Shown one piece after another: positions 1-8,683 of a DNA stretch of 64,000 bases (positions within the stretch are counted from its first letter, which is position 1; every line of letters starts with the position of its first letter). The stretch spans positions 9,559-73,558 of the forward strand of contig CBFCZV010000005.1 of the NCBI GenBank assembly GCA_965602855.1, written 5' to 3'. The stretch is from an uncultured Gammaproteobacteria bacterium. Its GTDB lineage: Bacteria; Pseudomonadota; Gammaproteobacteria; SZUA-229. A model generated the notes under the pieces. It was given only the letters and a program-made list of their open reading frames with translations. It ran no database searches and was not told the DNA's origin. The translations under genes were made by a program, and so were the position numbers.

Positions 1-3
1 TCA

Positions 4-3000
4 ATGGCGGTCAACCAGGAGGGAAATCTGCTAATCGTCGATTCTGAACTGGGTGTCGTTACCTTGTTTAAGGGTAAAAAATTCGCTTTTTACCCATTGG
101 CTGGTGAGGGCAAGGTTTTTTCTTCAAAAAGTACCAATGGTGTAGTGTACAAAGATAAAGCCAGCTTGATCGTTGGTAATCGGGGTGATGACTCAATTTC
201 CGAAATTGGCTTAAAAGGCGAGCTGATCAGAAAGCTGGTTACAGGCGGTAGTGATGAAGGTCAGTTGAGTAATCCGGGTGGCATTGCATGGTCAGCCAAT
301 CGTCGTTTATACGTGGCTAATACGGGTAATGAACGAGTTTCAATTTTCGGTGATGATGGCGTTTTCATTCAGTCTATTAAAGGACAAAATGGCGCTAGCT
401 TTGAACCAGCACAGGTTTTTGTTGATGCTCAGGAAAGAATTTATGTGCTGGAAACCCGCGATGATGGCATCGTTTCGGTGTTCAAGCATGATGGCACTTT
501 GATCAAGCGTCTAAGTGCGGATAATATCAAAAAAATCACTGGTAGCTCTCCTGAGCTGGCAGCAATGACTATCGATAACAGTGGTCTGATTTATCTTGCT
601 GATAATGACAGTGGACGTGTTTATCAGATTAACTGGGAGACGAGAAAGCTGCTGACTTCCTTTGGTAGTCGAGGCAAGCAGCGCGGCCAATTTCAGGAGA
701 TTACCAGTTTAGCGGTTTTACCTGATGGACAGGTTGCTGTTGCTGATAGTGGTAATAAAAAAATAGAGATTTATCGTTTGCCTGCTAGCGGCCGTCAGGC
801 TCTGGTGCAAAAGCGTTTGCCAACGGTTGGTTATGATCGTGCGATTAAAATGCAGTGCAATGCTGCATATCGCTTGCAGGGCGGAAGCTCACTGTGTCTC
901 GATGCGGATAATAGAAAAGTAGGTATTTATAATAAATCTGGGCGCTTGCAAAAAGCATTTAAAGGCGCGTTTAATAATCCATCAACGGCTTCTGTAGACG
1001 ATCAGGATGTCGTTATTCTGGATGGTGATTCACTCAAGATTTATAAACTGGATGGCGGCCTACGTTACAGCTCTGCCAGTTCGGGTAGTGATGAAGGGCA
1101 GCTTGATTCTCCAAAAGGCGTTTTCTTTCGAGACGATAAAATTTATGTAGCTGATACGGGCAATCAGCGAATTCAGGTTTTTTCCAAAGATGGTATTTTT
1201 CTGGAGCATATAAGTAATCCAGAAAAAGGTCGTAAGTTGTTCGATGAACCATCACGGGTTGTGGTTGACAAAAACAATAATATGTATGTGCAGGAGGATG
1301 AGTCAAAGCAGATTCTGGTATTTGCTCCAGATCGAAAATTACTGTATCGAATAGATGGTAAAGATGGAAGTTCATCGGGTTTTCAATCCATTCACGATAT
1401 AGCGGTTGATGCAGATAATAATCTATATGTGCTTGCTGCTATTGATGGCAATGAAGCTACCATACATGTATATAACGGACCTAATAAAGTGATTCCTATG
1501 GGTGCATCTGGCAGTCAGGGTTCGGGCATGCAGGCACCAGTTCAGCTTTCAATAGCGCCAGCACGAAAAACAATTGTTAGTGTGTACGATAAGGAGAGAA
1601 AAGCATTACTCAATTATAAGTACATGCAATTGCCGGCCAAACTGGGCGGTCTGACTGTTGAAGGTGCCATTAAGCAAACACGGTTGTCGTGGCAGAAAGT
1701 GCCGGGTAGTTATATTAGTCGCTACAAAATTTATGGCGCACCTGATAAAAATTCTGAATTTAAATACCTTGCAGATGTTGATAGTACCAATGCGTTGATA
1801 AAACATAAGAAGTCAGCAAAGAATTTTTATTACAGAGTGAGTGCTGTGAGTGGCTTTGGTGTAGAAGGTGAGCAGTCAAATATTCGAGAAGATGATTTCC
1901 AGATTGGTTACGCGTCTTATCTGAAAAAGGATTATGCAAAAGCTGAATCAGTATTTGCTCAGTCTTATCAGGATGATAATAGCAATGGTGAAGTGCTTAA
2001 ATATCTTGGCCTGGCTTCTATGGAGCTGGGAAAAATTGAAGCGGCAGTTGGCTACTTTCGTGAGCTGGCCATACAGCCGGGTTTCGAAGTTGAAGGCCTG
2101 AATTATCAGATTAAAGCTCTGGTTGGTATTAAAGATTATGTTGCTGCAAAAGCAGTGGTTGATAAAGTGATTGCCGATAACACCGCCAGTATCGATACTA
2201 TTGTCTATTGCGGTGAACTAAGTCTGATCATGGGAGATGCCATTGGTGCAGTGACCTGCCTGGAGCAGGCACTGGAAAAAGATAAGAAAAATGCAAAAGC
2301 ACATTTCCTTATGGGTAAGGCGTACCTTAAATTGGGCATTGTTGATAAGGGCATGGCCGAATTTAAAACAGCCATCAAAATTAATCCCAGAGATGCGGAC
2401 CTCTGGTATCAGAATGGTATGGTTTACAAGGAGATGAAGAAATATAAGGGCGCGGGTGCCAGTTTTCGTAATGCGCTCAAGTTGAATCCTAACTTTAGTG
2501 AAGCACGACTGGCGTTAGCGGTAACGCATCTTGAACAAAAGCAGTATGACGAAGTTAAAAATATTGCGATCAAGTTGTCAGGCAATAAAGACACTGCGGC
2601 GCAAGGTCAGTATTTATTAGGTATTACTGCACTGGCGAGAAATCAGGATGGTCAGGCTTTGCTGTCTTTGACCAAATCTACGCGTGCTGACCCCTCCAAT
2701 GCAGTGGCATGGCTGGCTTTGGTAGACGTATATATCAAAATGAAGCAGGACGAAAAAGTGCGTGATGCTTTGGTGAGTGCCGTTAAAGGTGATGAGACAT
2801 CGTTTGATGCGGCCTATCGTCTGGGTGAGCTGGATTTTGATGCGAAGAATTATGTAGAAGCAGCTTCGAGTTTGAAAATAGCAGCCAACCTCAAGCCTGA
2901 TCATTATGGGGCCAGATATAAACTGGCTTATGCGCAATACCGTTCGGGTGAATATCATCAGGCAGGTAATCATATTGCGGCAGCGGTGAAGTTACAGTCT

Positions 3001-4830
3001 AAAAATTATGCACCTCTGGCTTTGCAGGCGAGCATTGCTAACAGGCAGGGTAAAACGGGTAAGGCGATTGACCTGATTAAGCGTGCAATGAACTTAAAGA
3101 AAAATTCCGCGAGCCTGTATACAACGCTGGGTGCTTTTTATGCTGAGAACACTATGTTCGATCAGGCAAAAGCCGCTCTGGATAAAGCCTCAACACTGGA
3201 TACCAGTTCTGCTAAACCTTATGTGCTTTTGGGTGCGCTTTATTCCAAGCGCCGCTTATTTGATCAATCGATCAAGGCTTATGATAAAGCAGTTAAATTG
3301 AATCCAAGCCCCGAAAACCAGCAGGCACTGGAAGCGGCTTATGCCGAGAAGAAAAAGTCCATGGACTTTGGTTCCAATGCTCCTCAGCTGGCGCTTAATG
3401 ATTTACGTTTGGATAAAATTTTCTCGGCGGCGTACAAACAGTACAGCAAGAAGCCCATTGGTTACGTAAATGTGCAGAACATCAGTAAGCAGAATTACAA
3501 TAATTTGAAACTGACCTTTAGCGTCAAAGGTTATATGGATTTCCCATCGAGCAAAGAAATCCCAGTGTTGAATGCAGGCAGTACCCTGAAAGTGCCTCTG
3601 TTCGCAACCTTTAACAACAAGGTGCTGGAAATCGATGAGGATACTGGTGTACAGACTGAGGTGGCGGTTAAATATACTCGTGATGGTCGTAGTGATTCGA
3701 TCAACGTAACACAACCTATGACGATTTATGGCAAGAATGCCATTGTCTGGGGACAACCTAATATGGTGGGTTCATTTGTGACACCCAAGGATGACACTTT
3801 ACGTGATTTTGTGAGGGAGGCGTTCAATGAAAACAAGCCGAAGGCTGATATTATCAATCGTTCCCTGTTGACGGCGATGACCATGTTCGATGTCTTTACA
3901 GCACACGGTATCCGCTATGTAGTTGATCCCAATAGCCCGTATTCAAACCTGTCGGAAACCAGCGTTGATTATGTGCAGTTCAGTCGCGAGACGCTGAAAT
4001 TTAAGAGCGGTGATTGCGATGACCTTTCCGTATTGATGAGCACGGCGCTGGAGAATTTGGGTGTCGAAACGGCCATCCTGGATGTGCCCGGGCATTTGTT
4101 GATGATGTTCAATACCGGTGTGCCACAGGCTGAGCGCCATCAAATAAGTGCTAACGATGAATTGCTGGTTATTCGCAAGGGCGAAGTCTGGATTGCTGTT
4201 GAAGCCACTATGATTGGTACCACTTTCCTCGAGGCCTGGTCGGAAGGTTCAAGAAAATACCATGAACATGCATCGAAGAAAAAGCTAAAAGTTATTCCTA
4301 TGCGGATGGCATGGAGTGAATATGCCCCTGTGACATTGAAGCCCGCCGGGTATACACTGGTTGTACCAGATAAGTCGCAAGTTTCACCGATTGTTGATCG
4401 CGAGAAGAATTTGTTGCTGAAGAAGAGTCTGGATAGTCTGGTAGCGCCTTATCGTGCGATGGTTGAGATGGATCCATCGAATACAAAAGCGCGTATGCAG
4501 GTGGCGATTATTTATGCCAAGTATGGGCTATATAGAACGGCAAACAGGGAGTTTGATGCGGTGCTGGATGTGGACCCTGATAATAGTGCGGTTTATAACA
4601 ATCGCGGTAATATCTATTTTGATAAGCAGGATTTCGAGCGGGCTATTGAAAGTTATGCCTATGCTGAGCAGCTTGCTTCCAATGATGCCGGGGTTAAGAT
4701 GAACTTATCGATGGCGCATTACAAGTTGGGGGATTTACAGATGGCAAACAGCAAGTATAAGGAAGCGCGAAGAATTGATGATGGGGTCAGTAAGAAGTAT
4801 GCTGGCTTTATTAAGTTGTTAAGTCAGTGA
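4..4830 (+). CDS. Large multidomain protein, 5'-truncated at the window edge. N-terminal NHL-repeat beta-propeller blades, then an Fn3-like module, a long TPR array, a transglutaminase-like Cys-protease core (GDCDDLS ... PGHLLMM ... VEATM) and C-terminal TPRs.
   Basis: The 1608-aa ORF is open to position 1. It shows NHL-like repeats (YVANTGNERVSIF, IYVADTGNQRIQVF) and an Fn3-like segment (TRLSWQKVPGSY...YYRVSAVSGFG). Many 34-aa TPR-like repeats occupy residues ~640-1120 and the C-terminus. A Cys/His/Asp-or-Glu arrangement typical of the transglutaminase-like superfamily is present. Confidence 0.75.
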   Translation: MAVNQEGNLLIVDSELGVVTLFKGKKFAFYPLAGEGKVFSSKSTNGVVYKDKASLIVGNRGDDSISEIGLKGELIRKLVTGGSDEGQLSNPGGIAWSANRRLYVANTGNERVSIFGDDGVFIQSIKGQNGASFEPAQVFVDAQERIYVLETRDDGIVSVFKHDGTLIKRLSADNIKKITGSSPELAAMTIDNSGLIYLADNDSGRVYQINWETRKLLTSFGSRGKQRGQFQEITSLAVLPDGQVAVADSGNKKIEIYRLPASGRQALVQKRLPTVGYDRAIKMQCNAAYRLQGGSSLCLDADNRKVGIYNKSGRLQKAFKGAFNNPSTASVDDQDVVILDGDSLKIYKLDGGLRYSSASSGSDEGQLDSPKGVFFRDDKIYVADTGNQRIQVFSKDGIFLEHISNPEKGRKLFDEPSRVVVDKNNNMYVQEDESKQILVFAPDRKLLYRIDGKDGSSSGFQSIHDIAVDADNNLYVLAAIDGNEATIHVYNGPNKVIPMGASGSQGSGMQAPVQLSIAPARKTIVSVYDKERKALLNYKYMQLPAKLGGLTVEGAIKQTRLSWQKVPGSYISRYKIYGAPDKNSEFKYLADVDSTNALIKHKKSAKNFYYRVSAVSGFGVEGEQSNIREDDFQIGYASYLKKDYAKAESVFAQSYQDDNSNGEVLKYLGLASMELGKIEAAVGYFRELAIQPGFEVEGLNYQIKALVGIKDYVAAKAVVDKVIADNTASIDTIVYCGELSLIMGDAIGAVTCLEQALEKDKKNAKAHFLMGKAYLKLGIVDKGMAEFKTAIKINPRDADLWYQNGMVYKEMKKYKGAGASFRNALKLNPNFSEARLALAVTHLEQKQYDEVKNIAIKLSGNKDTAAQGQYLLGITALARNQDGQALLSLTKSTRADPSNAVAWLALVDVYIKMKQDEKVRDALVSAVKGDETSFDAAYRLGELDFDAKNYVEAASSLKIAANLKPDHYGARYKLAYAQYRSGEYHQAGNHIAAAVKLQSKNYAPLALQASIANRQGKTGKAIDLIKRAMNLKKNSASLYTTLGAFYAENTMFDQAKAALDKASTLDTSSAKPYVLLGALYSKRRLFDQSIKAYDKAVKLNPSPENQQALEAAYAEKKKSMDFGSNAPQLALNDLRLDKIFSAAYKQYSKKPIGYVNVQNISKQNYNNLKLTFSVKGYMDFPSSKEIPVLNAGSTLKVPLFATFNNKVLEIDEDTGVQTEVAVKYTRDGRSDSINVTQPMTIYGKNAIVWGQPNMVGSFVTPKDDTLRDFVREAFNENKPKADIINRSLLTAMTMFDVFTAHGIRYVVDPNSPYSNLSETSVDYVQFSRETLKFKSGDCDDLSVLMSTALENLGVETAILDVPGHLLMMFNTGVPQAERHQISANDELLVIRKGEVWIAVEATMIGTTFLEAWSEGSRKYHEHASKKKLKVIPMRMAWSEYAPVTLKPAGYTLVVPDKSQVSPIVDREKNLLLKKSLDSLVAPYRAMVEMDPSNTKARMQVAIIYAKYGLYRTANREFDAVLDVDPDNSAVYNNRGNIYFDKQDFERAIESYAYAEQLASNDAGVKMNLSMAHYKLGDLQMANSKYKEARRIDDGVSKKYAGFIKLLSQ

Positions 4831-4918
4831 TTTTAGACCGTTGGGTAGGTATGGATTTTATTGAGAGTTTTCTATGTGGTATAAATGGGTTCAGTGAGAA
4901 CGTAAGTTCGGGGGTGTT

Positions 4919-5470
4919 GTGATGAAAAAAATTACAGTTATATTAATGATGATGTTTTGTCTGCCGGCGTTATCCGTCGCCGCGGAACAGGTGACAAAAA
5001 AATCGAATGTTGTTGTGCAGAAAGAGCAGAAAAGTGTGTTTAAAGGTCTGTTGTATAGGGTGTGGGGAAAATTGCGTACTTTGAGTCCTAGAATGGCCAA
5101 GCGTAATCATAGCCGTTCAGTGACTGCTGGAGTGCGTGGCGCTGAAACAACAGACAGCCTGATAGATCCTTACTGGAAAGGCGATAAAACCGATGATCCG
5201 GAATACGTTAAGGAATTAACCGCATTTCATAAGGCGCATCAATTGGCCGAGAACGGTGATTTGCCCGCTGCAGTGAAGGCGTTTTCTTCATTTATCGATG
5301 ATCACGGTGACAGTGATCTCAAAGCCAATGCTCAATTTGCCATGGGTATTAGTTATGGTGGAATGGGACAGGTGAAGTCGAGTGTGAACACACTGCGTAC
5401 TTTTGTAAAAGAGAATCCTACCCACCCTATGGCGGCTGATGCTAAACAGGTAATTGCTGAATTACAGTAA
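4919..5470 (+). CDS. Secreted or periplasmic hypothetical protein with a C-terminal TPR/YbgF-like helical region.
   Basis: The N-terminus MMKKITVILMMMFCLPALSVAAEQ looks like a signal peptide. The C-terminal half is helical with TPR-like spacing. There is no recognisable catalytic motif. Confidence 0.55.
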   Translation: MMKKITVILMMMFCLPALSVAAEQVTKKSNVVVQKEQKSVFKGLLYRVWGKLRTLSPRMAKRNHSRSVTAGVRGAETTDSLIDPYWKGDKTDDPEYVKELTAFHKAHQLAENGDLPAAVKAFSSFIDDHGDSDLKANAQFAMGISYGGMGQVKSSVNTLRTFVKENPTHPMAADAKQVIAELQ

Positions 5471-5488
5471 TTATTGAGGCAGCTTATT

Positions 5489-5522
5489 AGCCAGAGCGTT
5501 ATCAATGCTCTGGCTTTTTTGT
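5489..5522 (+). terminator. Rho-independent terminator (agccagagc-N9-gctctggct followed by a T6 run).
   Basis: A 9-bp GC-rich inverted repeat followed by TTTTTT lies directly after the 4919..5470 stop codon. Confidence 0.6.
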
Positions 5523-5535
5523 GGCTGAGTGTTTT

Positions 5536-6156
5536 ATGTCACTAGAAATTATTTATCAGGATGACTATCTGATTGCGGTTAATAAACCGAGTGGTTTATT
5601 GTCGGTGCCCGGTTTGGGTGGAGACAATCAGGACTCGGTCGCCACACGCATGCTGGCGATAAATCCCGAAGTAAAAATTGTGCATCGGCTCGATTGTCTT
5701 ACTTCCGGCATTATGCTGCTGGCTGTGGGTATTAAAATGCAGCGTGAATTGAGCCGACAATTTCATGATCGAAAGATAAATAAACAATATGTTGCTGTAG
5801 TGCGTGGTGTTGTTAGTGAGCATCAAGGGCTTATTGAGATACCGATGAGAGGTGATCCTGATGATCGGCCACGTCAGATTGTTGATTATCAGCAGGGAAA
5901 AGAATCAACCACTCAGTGGGAAGTTATCGCTGTTGAAGCTGATCGAACGCGTTTATCATTGAAGCCGATTACCGGGCGTACGCACCAGCTTCGGATTCAC
6001 TGCATCGCTATCGGGCATATTATTGTTGGTGATACTTTGTACGGTGATGACAGGGAAAAACAGGAGCAAAGAATGTTGCTGCATGCAGAAACTATAGATT
6101 TATTTCACCCGGCGACAGGTGCAGCAATGAGTTTAACTGCTCCCTGTGGTTTTTAG
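5536..6156 (+). CDS. rluA: RluA-family pseudouridine synthase.
   Basis: The catalytic motif HRLDCLTSGIMLLA is present and the 23S/tRNA pseudouridine synthase fold is conserved (GRTHQLRIH). The start was moved from the ORF-track GTG at 5521 to the ATG at 5536 (MSLEIIYQDDY), because the GTG overlaps the upstream terminator. Confidence 0.8.
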   Translation: MSLEIIYQDDYLIAVNKPSGLLSVPGLGGDNQDSVATRMLAINPEVKIVHRLDCLTSGIMLLAVGIKMQRELSRQFHDRKINKQYVAVVRGVVSEHQGLIEIPMRGDPDDRPRQIVDYQQGKESTTQWEVIAVEADRTRLSLKPITGRTHQLRIHCIAIGHIIVGDTLYGDDREKQEQRMLLHAETIDLFHPATGAAMSLTAPCGF

Positions 6157-6163
6157 GGCGCCT

Positions 6164-6808
6164 CTAAGGATTGCCCCATCCAGATAACACGCTGGTGCTA
6201 AACAGGTGACCACGAAAATCAAAAATTGCGCCATTACGGGTGATTTCTACCAGTACTAAATCATAGCCAACGGCGTCACCTTCTTCCATAAAACGATCAT
6301 TGATCACCAGACTTCGTTGCATGGGTGCGCTGGAATAGACGTGCGCTGAAAAAATCATATCAGGAATTTGCTGGCGAATGTTGGCGGGCAATTCGTCGAT
6401 AGTTACTAGTGGTTTTGAAATCTCTGGAGCAGTTATTTCTATGCTGTTGTTATTTTGTTCTGATGTTGCTTGCTCAGAAACAGATGTGCTTACTGGCTGA
6501 GTTTCTATAACGATGGGTGCTGGGGATGGCGTGCTAATCACAGGGGCAATATTTTTTTCTATGGCTTCATGATTATTTATTTCAATATTGAGGCGGGGAG
6601 CAATATTTTGAGTGTCGGTCTCTGGTTTCAGAAAATAAATTAATATAAAAATATTGAATGCCAGTACCGCAATCAGTATCCAGGGCCATAAGGCTCGTTT
6701 CTCCTGATGGTAGTTTAGCGCAGAAGAATGAATGGTCTGAACATTGGGTATTGAACCGTTGCCACGATCCTGTTCCGATTTTTTAAGTGCGTCGAGAATA
6801 TAAGACAT
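6164..6808 (-). CDS. gspB: General secretion pathway protein B (GspB/ExeB-like), single-pass membrane protein.
   Basis: The N-terminus MSYILDALKKSEQDRG matches the conserved GspB/ExeB start. One TM segment is present (LWPWILIAVLAFNIFILIYFL). The gene overlaps the gspA stop codon, which indicates translational coupling. Confidence 0.6.
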   Translation of the reverse strand: MSYILDALKKSEQDRGNGSIPNVQTIHSSALNYHQEKRALWPWILIAVLAFNIFILIYFLKPETDTQNIAPRLNIEINNHEAIEKNIAPVISTPSPAPIVIETQPVSTSVSEQATSEQNNNSIEITAPEISKPLVTIDELPANIRQQIPDMIFSAHVYSSAPMQRSLVINDRFMEEGDAVGYDLVLVEITRNGAIFDFRGHLFSTSVLSGWGNP

Positions 6809-8526
6809 TAGTTTTCACCCTCTAGGCGCTTGTTAAGCAGCGGTGTTGGCTGTCCAATTTCAGTGTTGAGATGAATTAAGGTTAGCGGCCCGGCAATGCC
6901 ATCTGGAATTAAGCCTTTGCTTTTCTGGAAGCGTTTTAGCAGTGCGACTAACTCTGCTGAATAAGTATCATAAATAGTTGGTGTATTGCTGTGGTTATAC
7001 AGGCGGGTTAATTGTTGCCCCAGCCATTGAACCGCTTCGCCATTGCTACCCGGTATAATTGTTTTCTGATAAAAAGGCGGTGCCTGCCATAATAAAGAGA
7101 ACTCTCCATACCAGTGTTTTTCCAGCAGGCTGCTATTAACTTCTAGATTATCCGAACCTGTATTGAGTATGGCCTGATTGTTATCTAAATGATTGAGAAC
7201 TATATGGGCTATTTTTCCATCATCATTGTATAGCTTGAGAACCACGGGTCGATTGAGTTTGAGCAGGCTATTTAGATTGCCGCGATGATTGAAACAACTC
7301 AAGCCATGGGCGGGGTCATTACAGACGGATGCACTGGTTTCTTTTATGTAAGTGGGTTGCCAGTGCATGAGTAAGGTGTTGAAAGCGACTTCCTTATTTT
7401 TGGCTATTGCGGAGTCGATGAAATCCTTGATCGGATCTGATCTGGGTTTATCTGGATTTGTCTCAGGCGCAGTTGCTGTTATTGGCTCGAGTGCTTCGCT
7501 GCTGGCTTGAGTCAGGTCAGCTTCCTGCATTGGTAATTTTTCTGGGATTGTTTTAACCTGTGAGGCTGTGCTGTTATTGACCTTTATGTTTGCTGGTGTT
7601 TTAACTGCTGAGTCATTGAGTAAAATCACAGCCAGAGTTGTTGTAATGGCGATGATAGTGGCAATGGCGGCTATGCGTAGAATGCGCCCGAGTTTTGATT
7701 TATTTTGAACCTGTTTGAGTTCACCAAAAACTTCTTTTGCTGCGGTGGATAATGTTTTTGTATCAACCACGGGTTTATTTTGTACATAGGTGCCCAGCAG
7801 TGAGCGATCGCAGAGTACATTGAGTAAGCGAGGGATGCCTTTGCTCAGGCGATATAGTTGCGAAATAGTATGGTCGGGAAAAAGCTGGGCATTTTGTCCG
7901 GCGATGGCCAGACGGTGATTGATGTAGGCTTTAACTTCGTTGCGGGAAAGAGCGTTCAGGTGGAAGCGTGCAGTAATGCGCTGTGCCAGTTGTCGCATTT
8001 CCGGGCGTGATAAAATGTCGAGCAACTCGGGCTGTCCAAGAATGATAATTTGCAGCAGCTTTCGTTGATTGGTTTCCAGGTTGGTTAGAAGCCGTAGTTG
8101 TTCCAGTACGGTATCATCCAGATTTTGCGCTTCATCGATAATGAGTACTGTTTTTTCATTGCGAGCATTGGCTTCGATAAGAAAAACATTAATTCGGTCG
8201 ATATAGGTTTTAATCGTATTGTTTTCAGCAGGGTACTCAATCTTGAGTTCATCGCAAATACTTTCCAGTAACTCAATGGCGGTGACTTTGGGATTAACGA
8301 CCAGTGCGATATTGGTGTGTTCTGGTATCTGTTCCAGTAGGCAGCGGCAAACCGTGGTTTTACCGGTGCCAACTTCACCAGTGAGCAGAATGCAGCCGCC
8401 TTCACTATTGAGGCCATAAACAAGATGAGCGAGTGCTTCCCGGTGTTGTCCCGTCATGTAGAGATAGCGTGGATCAGGGGCGATGGAGAAGGGGGGCTCC
8501 TTGAAATTGAAATACGCGTTGTACAT
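6808..8526 (-). CDS. gspA: General secretion pathway protein A (GspA/ExeA-like), an AAA+ ATPase with a TM segment and a C-terminal peptidoglycan-binding domain.
   Basis: A Walker A motif is present (LTGEVGTGKTTVCR) and the ExeA-type N-terminus (FNFKEPPFSIAPDPRYLYMTGQHREAL) is conserved. There is one TM helix and a C-terminal PG_binding_1-like motif (GLIPDGIAGPLTL). Confidence 0.8.
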   Translation of the reverse strand: MYNAYFNFKEPPFSIAPDPRYLYMTGQHREALAHLVYGLNSEGGCILLTGEVGTGKTTVCRCLLEQIPEHTNIALVVNPKVTAIELLESICDELKIEYPAENNTIKTYIDRINVFLIEANARNEKTVLIIDEAQNLDDTVLEQLRLLTNLETNQRKLLQIIILGQPELLDILSRPEMRQLAQRITARFHLNALSRNEVKAYINHRLAIAGQNAQLFPDHTISQLYRLSKGIPRLLNVLCDRSLLGTYVQNKPVVDTKTLSTAAKEVFGELKQVQNKSKLGRILRIAAIATIIAITTTLAVILLNDSAVKTPANIKVNNSTASQVKTIPEKLPMQEADLTQASSEALEPITATAPETNPDKPRSDPIKDFIDSAIAKNKEVAFNTLLMHWQPTYIKETSASVCNDPAHGLSCFNHRGNLNSLLKLNRPVVLKLYNDDGKIAHIVLNHLDNNQAILNTGSDNLEVNSSLLEKHWYGEFSLLWQAPPFYQKTIIPGSNGEAVQWLGQQLTRLYNHSNTPTIYDTYSAELVALLKRFQKSKGLIPDGIAGPLTLIHLNTEIGQPTPLLNKRLEGEN

Positions 8527-8650
8527 GGGTGTCTGGTTCTGGCTATTGTGCAGGGCAATAACTATAACGGTTTAAAATTATAAAATCAGTATGATATTTG
8601 GTCCGTTTATTATTAGTAAAGTATGATAGTTACGTACTATTATAAAGAAA

Positions 8651-8667
8651 CTGGAGATGGTCTCCAG
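8651..8667. promoter_or_regulatory. Perfect 7-3-7 palindrome CTGGAGA-TGG-TCTCCAG in the divergent gspA / sensor-kinase intergenic region. Candidate operator.
   Basis: Read directly in the sequence. It sits between the divergent starts at 8526 (-) and 8684 (+). A direct repeat AGTATGATA x2 at about 8588 and 8619, and a second palindrome CCAAG-GA-CTTGG at about 8695, lie nearby. Confidence 0.4.
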
Positions 8668-8683
8668 ATTAGTCAGATGATTT

